Part shown: positions 14,578 through 21,420 of the stretch, one piece after another | How positions within the stretch are numbered: position 1 is the first letter of the stretch | How the letters are laid out: every line of letters begins with the position of its first letter | Assembly: GCA_030651285.1 (NCBI GenBank) | Contig: JAUSCN010000013.1 | Span: forward strand, 95,697-119,696 | Length of the DNA stretch: 24,000 bases | From: a bacterium | Lineage (GTDB): Bacteria; Patescibacteriota; Minisyncoccia; Phycocordibacterales; Phycocordibacteraceae | Direction of reading: 5' to 3' | Position numbers and translations under genes: made by a program | Notes under the pieces: generated by a model | Seen by the model: the letters and a program-made list of their open reading frames with translations, nothing else | The model's database searches: none | What the model was told of the DNA's origin: nothing

Positions 14578-15897
14578 ATGAGACACGTAGCAAGGTTCTT
14601 CGGCATCGCCTCGCTCATCTTCCTCGTTCTCACTGCCGTTGTCGCGTGCAGTGGTGGAGGAGATGGGGCACAGTCCCCAGTTCCGTCATCGCCACCAGAG
14701 ATGCTTCCTCCGCCACCGCCGCCGGGTACGCACAAAATTTCTGGGTATGTGCAAGAATCTACCGCGTCTGGCAGTGCTTACGGCAGGCAAGTCAACGGCG
14801 CAACTATTCAGGTGGAGCCCGGGAATCTTACGACATCGACGGACTCGAATGGAAACTGGGAGCTGTATGTTCCCAATGACACGTATACGGTCTCAGCACA
14901 GTACGGTGGTCGTTCGCTTGCTCCGGCTTCATTGCCGGCGGTAGTAAATAATGCAGACGTATCCAACATCGATTTCGCCAGCATTATTCCGGTATTGGCG
15001 GGTAGAGCGGTCGCCTACATAGGCACGGGTGCCGCAGGTAACAACTCTGCGCTGAAGATGATAACTCCTCAGGGTGTGACGGAAGTCGTGCTGGATAATC
15101 CAAACATCCAGCCGATGAACATCATCCCCTTTCGGGGAGGAATTTCGAGGATTGCATTCGAGCCGATGCTTGGTGGCAATGAAAGGGTGGGGGGTATTCG
15201 GACTATTAATCTGTCAACACGAGCACAGACGGTGATTGTGCCAGATAATGGATTCTTTGCTCCAGGTTTTGCCTCTTCAGCTGTAGGAAGGATCTTCGAT
15301 ACTATCAGAGATCCGGATACTGGAGTGGAATATGTGACTCTTTCGAGCCCATGTGCTCCACCCTTTTGTCCGCAGTTGCAAAATGATGTGTTTGTCGTTA
15401 TTGCCGATGGGTCGCTTATGAATTTGCGAGTCACGGATGATGGCGCACTCAAGCATTCACCAGTATTTGTGGCGAAGGACCCTGTAACCGGATATGTCAC
15501 GATGTTGTATGTGGCGCCAGGCACTGGTGAAATGTGGAGACAGGTTATAAATCCGTTAGGCAATCCAGACCGCGTTGGGGGGCTAGTTCTTGTTGAGAGT
15601 AATGTGGTGGATGATGAGCGTGCGATTTCGGTTAGTCCGGACTACACGCGATTTGCGTTTGTGCGGAATGTGAACGGAGTTTCGCACATTATTGTCAGGC
15701 CGGTAAACGGTGGTTCAGAACTCGATCTCGGGGAAGGATCAAACCCTTACTGGACCACTGACGGAAGCGATCTGATTATGTACACCGTCGGTCCTGTTGT
15801 TTTGGCGGTAAGTCCAGATGGAACAGGAAAAGTTGAAATACCTGTTCCTGCAGACTTGCGAGCGTCTCCGACATGGGTGGTCCTTGTCGGAACCTGA
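14578..15897 (+). CDS. Lipoprotein with Pro-rich linker, carboxypeptidase-regulatory-like beta-sandwich and TolB/PD40-like beta-propeller repeats
   Basis: ORF 14509-15897 trimmed to MRHVARFFGIASLIFLVLTAVVAC (lipobox VVAC) behind an AAAGGAG SD. ISGYV...VNGATIQVEP...TDSNGNWELYVPNDTYTV. C-terminal ISVSPDYTRFAFV...SNPYWTTDGSDLIMY. Confidence 0.7.
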   Translation: MRHVARFFGIASLIFLVLTAVVACSGGGDGAQSPVPSSPPEMLPPPPPPGTHKISGYVQESTASGSAYGRQVNGATIQVEPGNLTTSTDSNGNWELYVPNDTYTVSAQYGGRSLAPASLPAVVNNADVSNIDFASIIPVLAGRAVAYIGTGAAGNNSALKMITPQGVTEVVLDNPNIQPMNIIPFRGGISRIAFEPMLGGNERVGGIRTINLSTRAQTVIVPDNGFFAPGFASSAVGRIFDTIRDPDTGVEYVTLSSPCAPPFCPQLQNDVFVVIADGSLMNLRVTDDGALKHSPVFVAKDPVTGYVTMLYVAPGTGEMWRQVINPLGNPDRVGGLVLVESNVVDDERAISVSPDYTRFAFVRNVNGVSHIIVRPVNGGSELDLGEGSNPYWTTDGSDLIMYTVGPVVLAVSPDGTGKVEIPVPADLRASPTWVVLVGT

Positions 15898-15931
15898 GTT
15901 TGTTTCCAGAACAATGTAATGAAAGGAAGTG

Positions 15932-15970
15932 GGGCTGTCGCATGCTATTGCGACAGCCCTTTCTTTATTT
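15932..15970 (+). terminator. Intrinsic terminator
   Basis: 11-bp stem GGGCTGTCGCA / TGCGACAGCCC followed by TTTCTTTATTT. Confidence 0.8.
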
Positions 15971-16082
15971 TATAGGTGGTGGAACTTCACTTATTTCACT
16001 CATACTGAGAGATTGCAAAATCTGCTATCCTAAAAAAGGACATTGAACATTGAGTAATCTCTTGAGAAAAGGAGGTGAGCAT

Positions 16083-16979
16083 ATGGTGACATCGCGGAAA
16101 GAAAAGCTGTATTTGCAGAATGCGGTCTTCATGCTTGTAGCCCATATCGTTGGGTTTTATGGTTTCTATGCCGCAGTACTTGGACAGTGGAAGAGAGAAA
16201 CGCTTATTCTTGGGGCGGTCATGTTCTGTGTAAGCGGACTCGGAATCACGGTCGGGTATCATCGCTACTTCACGCATCGTTCTTTCAAGTGCGGGAAAGT
16301 GATGCAAACGATCCTGATGATTTGCGGAACGACCGCTATCCAAAACACCATCAAGGTATGGGTTTCCGGCCATGTTCTCCATCATCAGAAAACCGATAAA
16401 GAGGGGGATCCGTACAATGCGGCGCGAGGGTTCTGGTATTCGCATATCGGATGGATCCTCTTCAAAGATCCCCACAGAAAAAAAGGAGATTTCAGCGCAG
16501 CAAATCATCTCACGGAGGATTCTTGGACCGCGCGACTCGTGAATTTTCAGCATGGGCACTACCTCGCGCTGGCGATTTTCTTTTCGGGGATTGTGCCTAC
16601 GCTCACCGCATCTCTTTGGGGTGATCCGCTCGGAGGTCTCGTTTTTGCTGGATTCTCGCGGTTGATTGTTGTATGGCACATGACATTCTGTATCAACAGC
16701 ATTGCTCACTGGAAACATTGGGGAAGTTGTCAGCCGTATACGCGGGCGAATTCTGCACAGGATAGCTGGGTTGTCTCCCTCGTTACGTTCGGAGAAGGCT
16801 ACCACAATTACCATCACGCTTTTCCCGGCGACTATCGAAATGGGCCGTATTGGTACAATTTCGATCCGTCCAAATGGGTCATTTTCTGGCTGTTCCGAAT
16901 AGGATTGGCAAATGACCTTAACCGAGTTCCTAAGGAGAGGATAGAAAGGGCTCGCAGAGCAGTTCTTTTGACGAGTTGA
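16083..16979 (+). CDS. Membrane fatty-acid (acyl-CoA/acyl-lipid) delta-9-type desaturase
   Basis: Three histidine boxes in the canonical order: HRYFTHRS, HVLHHQKTD, HNYHHAFP. Also GDPYNAARGFWYSHIGW. Start set at ATG 16083, behind AAGGAGGTG. Confidence 0.9.
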   Translation: MVTSRKEKLYLQNAVFMLVAHIVGFYGFYAAVLGQWKRETLILGAVMFCVSGLGITVGYHRYFTHRSFKCGKVMQTILMICGTTAIQNTIKVWVSGHVLHHQKTDKEGDPYNAARGFWYSHIGWILFKDPHRKKGDFSAANHLTEDSWTARLVNFQHGHYLALAIFFSGIVPTLTASLWGDPLGGLVFAGFSRLIVVWHMTFCINSIAHWKHWGSCQPYTRANSAQDSWVVSLVTFGEGYHNYHHAFPGDYRNGPYWYNFDPSKWVIFWLFRIGLANDLNRVPKERIERARRAVLLTS

Positions 16980-16985
16980 TGAATA

Positions 16986-17024
16986 GGGACGTGTCTCATG
17001 GAAGACACGTCCCATTCTGTTTTT
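16986..17024 (+). terminator. Intrinsic terminator after the desaturase gene
   Basis: 11-bp stem GGGACGTGTCT / AGACACGTCCC followed by ATTCTGTTTTT. Confidence 0.8.
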
Positions 17025-17058
17025 AAAAACTAGAAAGGTATACTAAACGATATTTCAT

Positions 17059-17592
17059 ATGCTCTATACCGGCAAAGGGGACAAGGGTACGACGAAAACA
17101 TTTGGCTGCAATCAGCAACGCATTTCAAAATCGTCTGAAGTGCCGGAAGCGCTTGGCGCTCTCGATGAACTGAATGCATTTCTCGGATTCGCGAAGATGC
17201 GTAGTACACACGAACCTCGCATTCAGAACATGCTGCGTGATATGCAGGAGACATTGTTCATCATTCAGGCGCAGGTCGCGGGGGCAGATAAGAAAGTGAA
17301 AGAGGATGCTGTGACGCAAGTTGAAGAATTGGTGAATGATATCGAAAAAGAGATGCTACCAATCACCGGATTTTCTATCGCGGGCGGAACAGAGCTTTCA
17401 GCTCTTCTTGATGTTGCGCGGACCATTGCTCGACGCGCTGAGCGACGACTCGTTGCTGCAAAGGAAGTTGGGGCATGTGCTCCGCCGGACGACACCATGG
17501 CATACATGAATCGTCTTTCGTCGCTTCTTTTTGCGCTCTCGCGTCTCGCGAATCATCTTGCGGGCGTTAGGGATGAATCTCCGCGGTACTAG
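17059..17592 (+). CDS. PduO-type ATP:cob(I)alamin adenosyltransferase family protein
   Basis: MLYTGKGDKGTT...ALGALDELNAFLG...TLFIIQAQVAG...GFSIAGG...LDVARTIARRAERR...YMNRLSSLLFAL. Confidence 0.9.
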   Translation: MLYTGKGDKGTTKTFGCNQQRISKSSEVPEALGALDELNAFLGFAKMRSTHEPRIQNMLRDMQETLFIIQAQVAGADKKVKEDAVTQVEELVNDIEKEMLPITGFSIAGGTELSALLDVARTIARRAERRLVAAKEVGACAPPDDTMAYMNRLSSLLFALSRLANHLAGVRDESPRY

Positions 17593-17653
17593 TATTGTGG
17601 GGCGGGGAAGTAGGCAGATAGTCACTATTCGTGGTATAAAAAATCTCGTGCAT

Positions 17654-17726
17654 GGCGACTATGGTGTAACGGTTAACACTGGAGCTTGTGGAGCTCTCAA
17701 TTCGGGTTCGATTCCCGATAGTCGCC
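17654..17726 (+). tRNA. tRNA-His (anticodon GUG) with encoded G-1
   Basis: G-1 plus acceptor GCGACTA/TAGTCGC, C73. D-arm GTGT/ACAC, anticodon arm GGAGC-TTGTGGA-GCTCT, T-arm TCGGG-TTCGATT-CCCGA. Confidence 0.9.
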
Positions 17727-17745
17727 CCGAGGAACGTGTGACGAG

Positions 17746-17891
17746 GGCGACTAAGTAAGGCGCATGTGCGCCTTACGTTCGGGAATCGAAAGCCGGAGCT
17801 ATGTGCGAGCAGTAGCGAGCACTGTGAGGCGGGGTCGCGACCGAGGCGAGTGGGCGAGCTGAGAGTTGTGACCGATCCCGATAGTCGCCCC
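17746..17891 (+). other. tRNA-His-derived, tRNA-like GC-rich element (pseudo-tRNA or candidate ncRNA)
   Basis: 5' end GGCGACTA equals the tRNA-His G-1 plus acceptor strand. 3' end CGATCCCGATAGTCGCCCC equals the tRNA-His T-arm/acceptor 3' strand minus one T. The interior has a 9-bp hairpin (17755-17776) and an ~84-nt GC-rich insert. Confidence 0.4.
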
Positions 17892-17912
17892 AAATTGGTA
17901 TACTTCACGAAA

Positions 17913-18314
17913 GTGAAGAAATTATTGCTCATATTCATCTCCGCGTTCGCTCTTAATCTTGTTTGGGAGAATCTTCATTCTTTTCAGTACGTCAGCTATA
18001 AGGGTGGCGAAATTACGGAATTCATACTCATGAGAGCATCGTTGTTTGATGCGTTCGTCATTGCGGTAATTTCTTTGCCGTTTCTTTTTATCTCGTTCTT
18101 TAAAGAAAGGGAATGGCTGCTATTTGTTATAGGTACGATAGTTGCCATCATTAATGAATGGTACGGACTCAGCACTAGTCGATGGATGTATGCTGCATAT
18201 ATGCCGATAGTACCGTTTGTGAATGTTGGACTCACTCCGGCGCTGCAGCTCGGCACTCTTGGAATTCTCTCGTTCAAGATTCAGGAATATCTGGTCTCCC
18301 GCCGTCTCGCGTAG
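17913..18314 (+). CDS. Four-TM hypothetical membrane protein
   Basis: ORF 17766-18314. Its first 49 codons overlap the tRNA-like element and look non-protein-like. A GTG at 17913 (VKKLLLIFISAF...) or TTG at 17895 is the likelier start. The start is uncertain. Confidence 0.5.
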   Translation: MKKLLLIFISAFALNLVWENLHSFQYVSYKGGEITEFILMRASLFDAFVIAVISLPFLFISFFKEREWLLFVIGTIVAIINEWYGLSTSRWMYAAYMPIVPFVNVGLTPALQLGTLGILSFKIQEYLVSRRLA

Positions 18315-18336
18315 TGCTGCGTGGTACCATCTAGAC

Positions 18337-18978
18337 ATGAAAAGTCTGCTTCTAGGAGTTCTAGGTATCGTCATCATTGGAATCGGTGGGTTTGTATACC
18401 GAAACGCTGTGGAGCATCCGTCACAGCCACTCGCGTGTCCACTCGACGCTCTTGTGTGTCCTGACGGCACATCTGTCGGTCGCTCAGGTCCTGCGTGCGT
18501 TTTCCCGGTGTGTCCATCACCGAACGTCTCTCTTTCAGACATAGGAATTGCTTTTGCTGTTCCTTCAGGATTTAACCCTGTCGAAACCTCTGATGAGGCA
18601 AGTTTTGCGGCATATGAATCTATTGATGCGTCTACGACAAAAAAGGCAAGCATTGTTATGCGACGATATGCTATCAATGCATCTTCAACACCGCTTGCGA
18701 CCATTCAGCAGACCGCTATTGGCGGTGCCTCCGGATTGCCGGTAAGTGCGACCGCGTATTCGTCAGCGATGTTTGGAACGCATCGCTTCACAGTCGTTCT
18801 CATCGAGCGTTTTGAGGGGGTCGTAGATGTTGCGTATTACTATGCGCGCCCGACGGACGTGCTTCGTTTCGATGCAGTAGATATGGGTGCTGACTGGACC
18901 AATCCAAATCTCGACATAACGAACCTTCCAGCCCAAGCTGCACTTCGTAAGCTTCTCACGACCCTCCAGGGAGGATAG
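18337..18978 (+). CDS. N-terminally anchored extracytoplasmic protein with a 4-Cys motif
   Basis: ORF 18223-18978 trimmed to MKSLLLGVLGIVIIGIGGFVY (ATG 18337), then ACPLDALVCPDGTSVGRSGPACVFPVCP. Confidence 0.6.
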   Translation: MKSLLLGVLGIVIIGIGGFVYRNAVEHPSQPLACPLDALVCPDGTSVGRSGPACVFPVCPSPNVSLSDIGIAFAVPSGFNPVETSDEASFAAYESIDASTTKKASIVMRRYAINASSTPLATIQQTAIGGASGLPVSATAYSSAMFGTHRFTVVLIERFEGVVDVAYYYARPTDVLRFDAVDMGADWTNPNLDITNLPAQAALRKLLTTLQGG

Positions 18979-19039
18979 ACAGCGTTACTGAAGTACGGTG
19001 CTACAATGGGTGCATTATCCGATTAGTCGCGTATTTACT

Positions 19040-19840
19040 ATGAATGAAAATTCTCTAGGAGGTATTCTGGGTCACACGGGCGTCCGTGTCGCGCTCATCA
19101 GTGTATTCACTGTTCTTGCGCTCTTCTTGTTCGTACAAACCGTAACTTCTGTGCAGGGATTTGGTCGCTCAGGCTCTCCTGCGACTGACACGATTACCGT
19201 GCAGGGTGCAGGTCAGGCGACACTCCCGCCAGATGTTGCGCGAATTTCGTTTACGGTGCAGAACACCGCATCAACAGTTTCAGAAGCGCAGTCCCGCACC
19301 ACTAAGCAAGCAAACGCCGCGATCGAGTACGTGAAAGGGAAGGGTGTTGCTGAAAAAGATGTGAAGACTCTCTCGTACAACATCTCGCCGCAATATTCGT
19401 ATCCGAACCCATGCCCACGCGGATCAATGTGTCCGGATTACATTGGGTCTCCAAAAATAACCGGGTATCAGGTTTCCCAGACCGTTCAGGTGACTATGCG
19501 TGACCTTACAGCTGTCGGCGCAATGCTCAGCGGACTCGGTAGTCTCGAAGTGCAGAACATAAACGGTCCTGATTTTGCACTTGATGATTCCACGGCTGGA
19601 TATGATAAAGCGCGTGAAGACGCGATCAATAAGGCGAAGACTCAGGCTGATATTCTTGCGAAGCAGCTCGGAGTGCGTCTTGGGAAGATTGTTAACTTCA
19701 GCGAGTCGTCGGGAGGGTATATGCCATACCCGATGGGATTCGGCGGGGCAGCGGAGGCAAAAGTAAGCTCTGCTCCAAATATTCCGGTTGGCGAAAACAC
19801 GTATAACGCATCCGTATCAATCACGTACGAGATCAGATAA
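19040..19840 (+). CDS. SIMPL/DUF541-family periplasmic-type protein
   Basis: ITVQGAGQATLPPDVARISFTV...GYQVSQTVQVTMRDL...AREDAINKAKTQADILAKQLGVRLGKIVNFSES. N-terminal TM. Start at ATG 19040. Confidence 0.85.
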   Translation: MNENSLGGILGHTGVRVALISVFTVLALFLFVQTVTSVQGFGRSGSPATDTITVQGAGQATLPPDVARISFTVQNTASTVSEAQSRTTKQANAAIEYVKGKGVAEKDVKTLSYNISPQYSYPNPCPRGSMCPDYIGSPKITGYQVSQTVQVTMRDLTAVGAMLSGLGSLEVQNINGPDFALDDSTAGYDKAREDAINKAKTQADILAKQLGVRLGKIVNFSESSGGYMPYPMGFGGAAEAKVSSAPNIPVGENTYNASVSITYEIR

Positions 19841-19860
19841 GCAGCTTATTGATAAAGAGA

Positions 19861-19893
19861 AGAGGCCTCGCGCTACGCGAGGCCTCTTGCTTT
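19861..19893. terminator. Hairpin shared by convergent genes
   Basis: 12-bp stem AGAGGCCTCGCG / CGCGAGGCCTCT between the SIMPL gene (+) and the lipoprotein gene (-). It has A-rich upstream and T-containing downstream flanks. Confidence 0.7.
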
Positions 19894-19900
19894 ACGGCTT

Positions 19901-20356
19901 CTACTGTTTTGCAAGTATCGATCCAAATTCCTTTGTGAGTGCGATCTTGAACAGATCGACAGCCTCATTGGCGGAAGTGGTCTCCACCTGCCCAAAGTTA
20001 CCTTCTTTTTGGGCCTCAATCACAATCTTGTCCGGTTGGAGTGTCAGGCGAACTGACGTTTCGCTCCAGCCCCCAATCAATACTGCGCCCACATCCTGCG
20101 CACTCGTTTTCTTTACGAAAACTATGATCTGTTTCTTTGTATTTGCTTCGCGCACTTTGTAACCAAGGGTTCCGGCGATTTTGGTTGTTTGCCCGATGAA
20201 ATTGGCTACGGGTGCTGAAGGTTGAAGAATCAGCTCGTCCTGACTTGTTACAGATTGTGCGCGACTAAAGCCCCCAATCTCCGGGCAGCCAGCTAAACCG
20301 AAACAGAGCACAAACAGCAATGCCGAAAACAGTGCGCGATGTGTAAATGCATTCAT
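19901..20356 (-). CDS. Hypothetical lipoprotein
   Basis: Signal peptide with lipobox LAGC (ALLFVLCFGLAGC). SD AAAGGAGAG before the ATG. No recognised domain. Confidence 0.7.
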   Translation of the reverse strand: MNAFTHRALFSALLFVLCFGLAGCPEIGGFSRAQSVTSQDELILQPSAPVANFIGQTTKIAGTLGYKVREANTKKQIIVFVKKTSAQDVGAVLIGGWSETSVRLTLQPDKIVIEAQKEGNFGQVETTSANEAVDLFKIALTKEFGSILAKQ

Positions 20357-20431
20357 GGCACTCTCCTTTGTTAGAAGGGAAGATTGTTGTTGATGAATAC
20401 ACTGAACGCCGAGCAGAAGCTTCTAAGGTTA

Positions 20432-20460
20432 TGTATAGCACTAAAGCATAATACTGTCAA
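20432..20460 (-). promoter_or_regulatory. Sigma-70-like promoter for the lipoprotein gene
   Basis: Minus-strand TTGACA (20460-20455), 17-nt spacer, TATACA (20437-20432). Confidence 0.5.
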
Positions 20461-20482
20461 TAGCACTATGCACTCTGTACAC

Positions 20483-20511
20483 TTGACAAGTTTTGTTGTG
20501 TAGCGCATACT
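20483..20511 (+). promoter_or_regulatory. Sigma-70-like promoter of the orphan plus-strand unit
   Basis: TTGACA (20483-20488), 17-nt spacer, CATACT (20506-20511). It lies back-to-back with the minus-strand promoter. Confidence 0.55.
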
Positions 20512-20573
20512 GTCATTCCAGAAGTTCCTACTCTACTAAACATCAACTCAGAAAGTTAGAAAGGAGGTGCTCT

Positions 20574-20597
20574 ATGAGTCAACCGCGGTCCCCATAG
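20574..20597 (+). CDS. Candidate 7-codon leader ORF (MSQPRSP-stop)
   Basis: The best SD in the region (AAGGAGG, 20561-20567) lies 6 nt before ATG 20574. The ORF ends Pro-TAG. Confidence 0.3.
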   Translation: MSQPRSP

Positions 20598-20654
20598 CTG
20601 CTCTCCCAGAGCAAATGGAATCATTTTATTTCTTCGTAAACGGGAGAGGTGTGT

Positions 20655-20840
20655 ATGTCGAGAAACCGACATGTAAAAGAAGCTCGGAGAAAGTCTGGGT
20701 GGGGAAGCGTGATTTCTCACCATGCTGGGAAGCGTGGGCGAGATATTCGGCCTCACGCCAAGAGGATTTGGCCCGTCAGAATCAGGTGTTTTGGCAGGGC
20801 TCATCGTGGAGTGTGGATTGAGGCACAGCAGCAAGTCTAA
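20655..20840 (+). CDS. Candidate 61-aa very basic protein; coding status unresolved
   Basis: SD GGGAGAGGTG then ATG 20655. MSRNRHVKEARRKSGWG...RIWPVRIRCFGRAHRG. Another plus frame (84 aa) and a minus frame (92 aa) are also open here, so this may be non-coding. Confidence 0.3.
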   Translation: MSRNRHVKEARRKSGWGSVISHHAGKRGRDIRPHAKRIWPVRIRCFGRAHRGVWIEAQQQV

Positions 20841-20916
20841 GCATCACGAATTGTTGTCCCTCTAGCATCCACATCCAAAATCTTCTATCCTCCGAAGAAA
20901 GAAAAGAGGTGTCATC

Positions 20917-21264
20917 TTGAGACAAAATGTTATTGGGTTCGGGTTGCCGTTGGGTAATCGTGTTGGTTTGGCTCGGGAAAGAAGGATGACGGTGATATCA
21001 GCCGGAAGTGACTTCTTCGTCAAAATCGATGATCGTGTGGAATCATTGGGGACCGGTGTGGTCTATCCCAAAGAACGGTGTTTGGATTGTCGGAGTCGTC
21101 TGTGCGAGGGTGGTTCTGGCGGATGTTCGCAAGGACTGAGTCGTAGCAAGTCTGTGGTCCTGGAGAAATCGCCCGTCCCCTCCATTTTCAAACCTCTGAT
21201 GATCTCCGCAGAAGCTGCTGAGATTTTCCGGACATTTGAGACTCCCTCATTGAGGGAGACGTAA
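20917..21264 (+). CDS. Hypothetical 115-aa protein with C-x2-C-x5-C-x6-C
   Basis: TTG start behind AAAGAGGTG. It is the only long ORF in any frame over this stretch. It ends 23 nt before a strong terminator. No recognised family. Confidence 0.45.
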   Translation: MRQNVIGFGLPLGNRVGLARERRMTVISAGSDFFVKIDDRVESLGTGVVYPKERCLDCRSRLCEGGSGGCSQGLSRSKSVVLEKSPVPSIFKPLMISAEAAEIFRTFETPSLRET

Positions 21265-21287
21265 AGAGAGGAGGCATTCGAAAGTTT

Positions 21288-21326
21288 GAAGCCCGGGTAC
21301 CGCGAGGTACTCGGGCTTCTTTATAT
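21288..21326 (+). terminator. Intrinsic terminator of the orphan unit
   Basis: 14-bp stem GAAGCCCGGGTACC / GGTACTCGGGCTTC (one G-U pair), loop GCGA, then TTTATAT. Confidence 0.8.
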
Positions 21327-21360
21327 AAATTTTGCGTATATACGCCATGATTTGTTGTTA

Positions 21361-21389
21361 TTGACGCATCTGGGGAGGTGTACTATACT
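21361..21389 (+). promoter_or_regulatory. Sigma-70-like promoter for secE-nusG
   Basis: TTGACG, 17-nt spacer, TATACT. Confidence 0.55.
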
Positions 21390-21399
21390 TGCGTTATCG

Positions 21400-21420
21400 A
21401 AAAGCCCGCAGGGCTTTTTT
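21400..21420 (+). terminator. Short terminator-like hairpin in the secE leader
   Basis: AAAAGCCC-GCA-GGGCTTTTTT. The GC core is only 4-5 bp, so it is weaker than the other terminators here. Confidence 0.4.

Noticed and set aside
15996-17015. 339-aa minus-strand ORF, the longest unexplained ORF in the track
   Set aside because: It exactly shadows the desaturase gene, whose three histidine boxes identify the plus strand as coding. The antisense product is compositionally odd, has no motifs, and its ends run through both flanking terminators.
20684-20700. GGAGAAAGTCTGGG resembling the RNase P RNA GAGGAAAGTCCGGG (P4/CR-I) motif
   Set aside because: I could not find the partner P4 strand (ACAGAA...GGCTTA-like) or other conserved RNase P regions within several hundred nt, so I do not call rnpB. 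I also saw no tmRNA, SRP or 6S hallmarks in 20518-20916.
20702-20736. 10-nt direct repeat GGGAAGCGTG (20702-20711 and 20727-20736), and AGCAAGTCT at ~20829 and ~21144
   Set aside because: Matches of 9-10 nt are expected many times by chance in 24 kb, and there is no supporting pattern.
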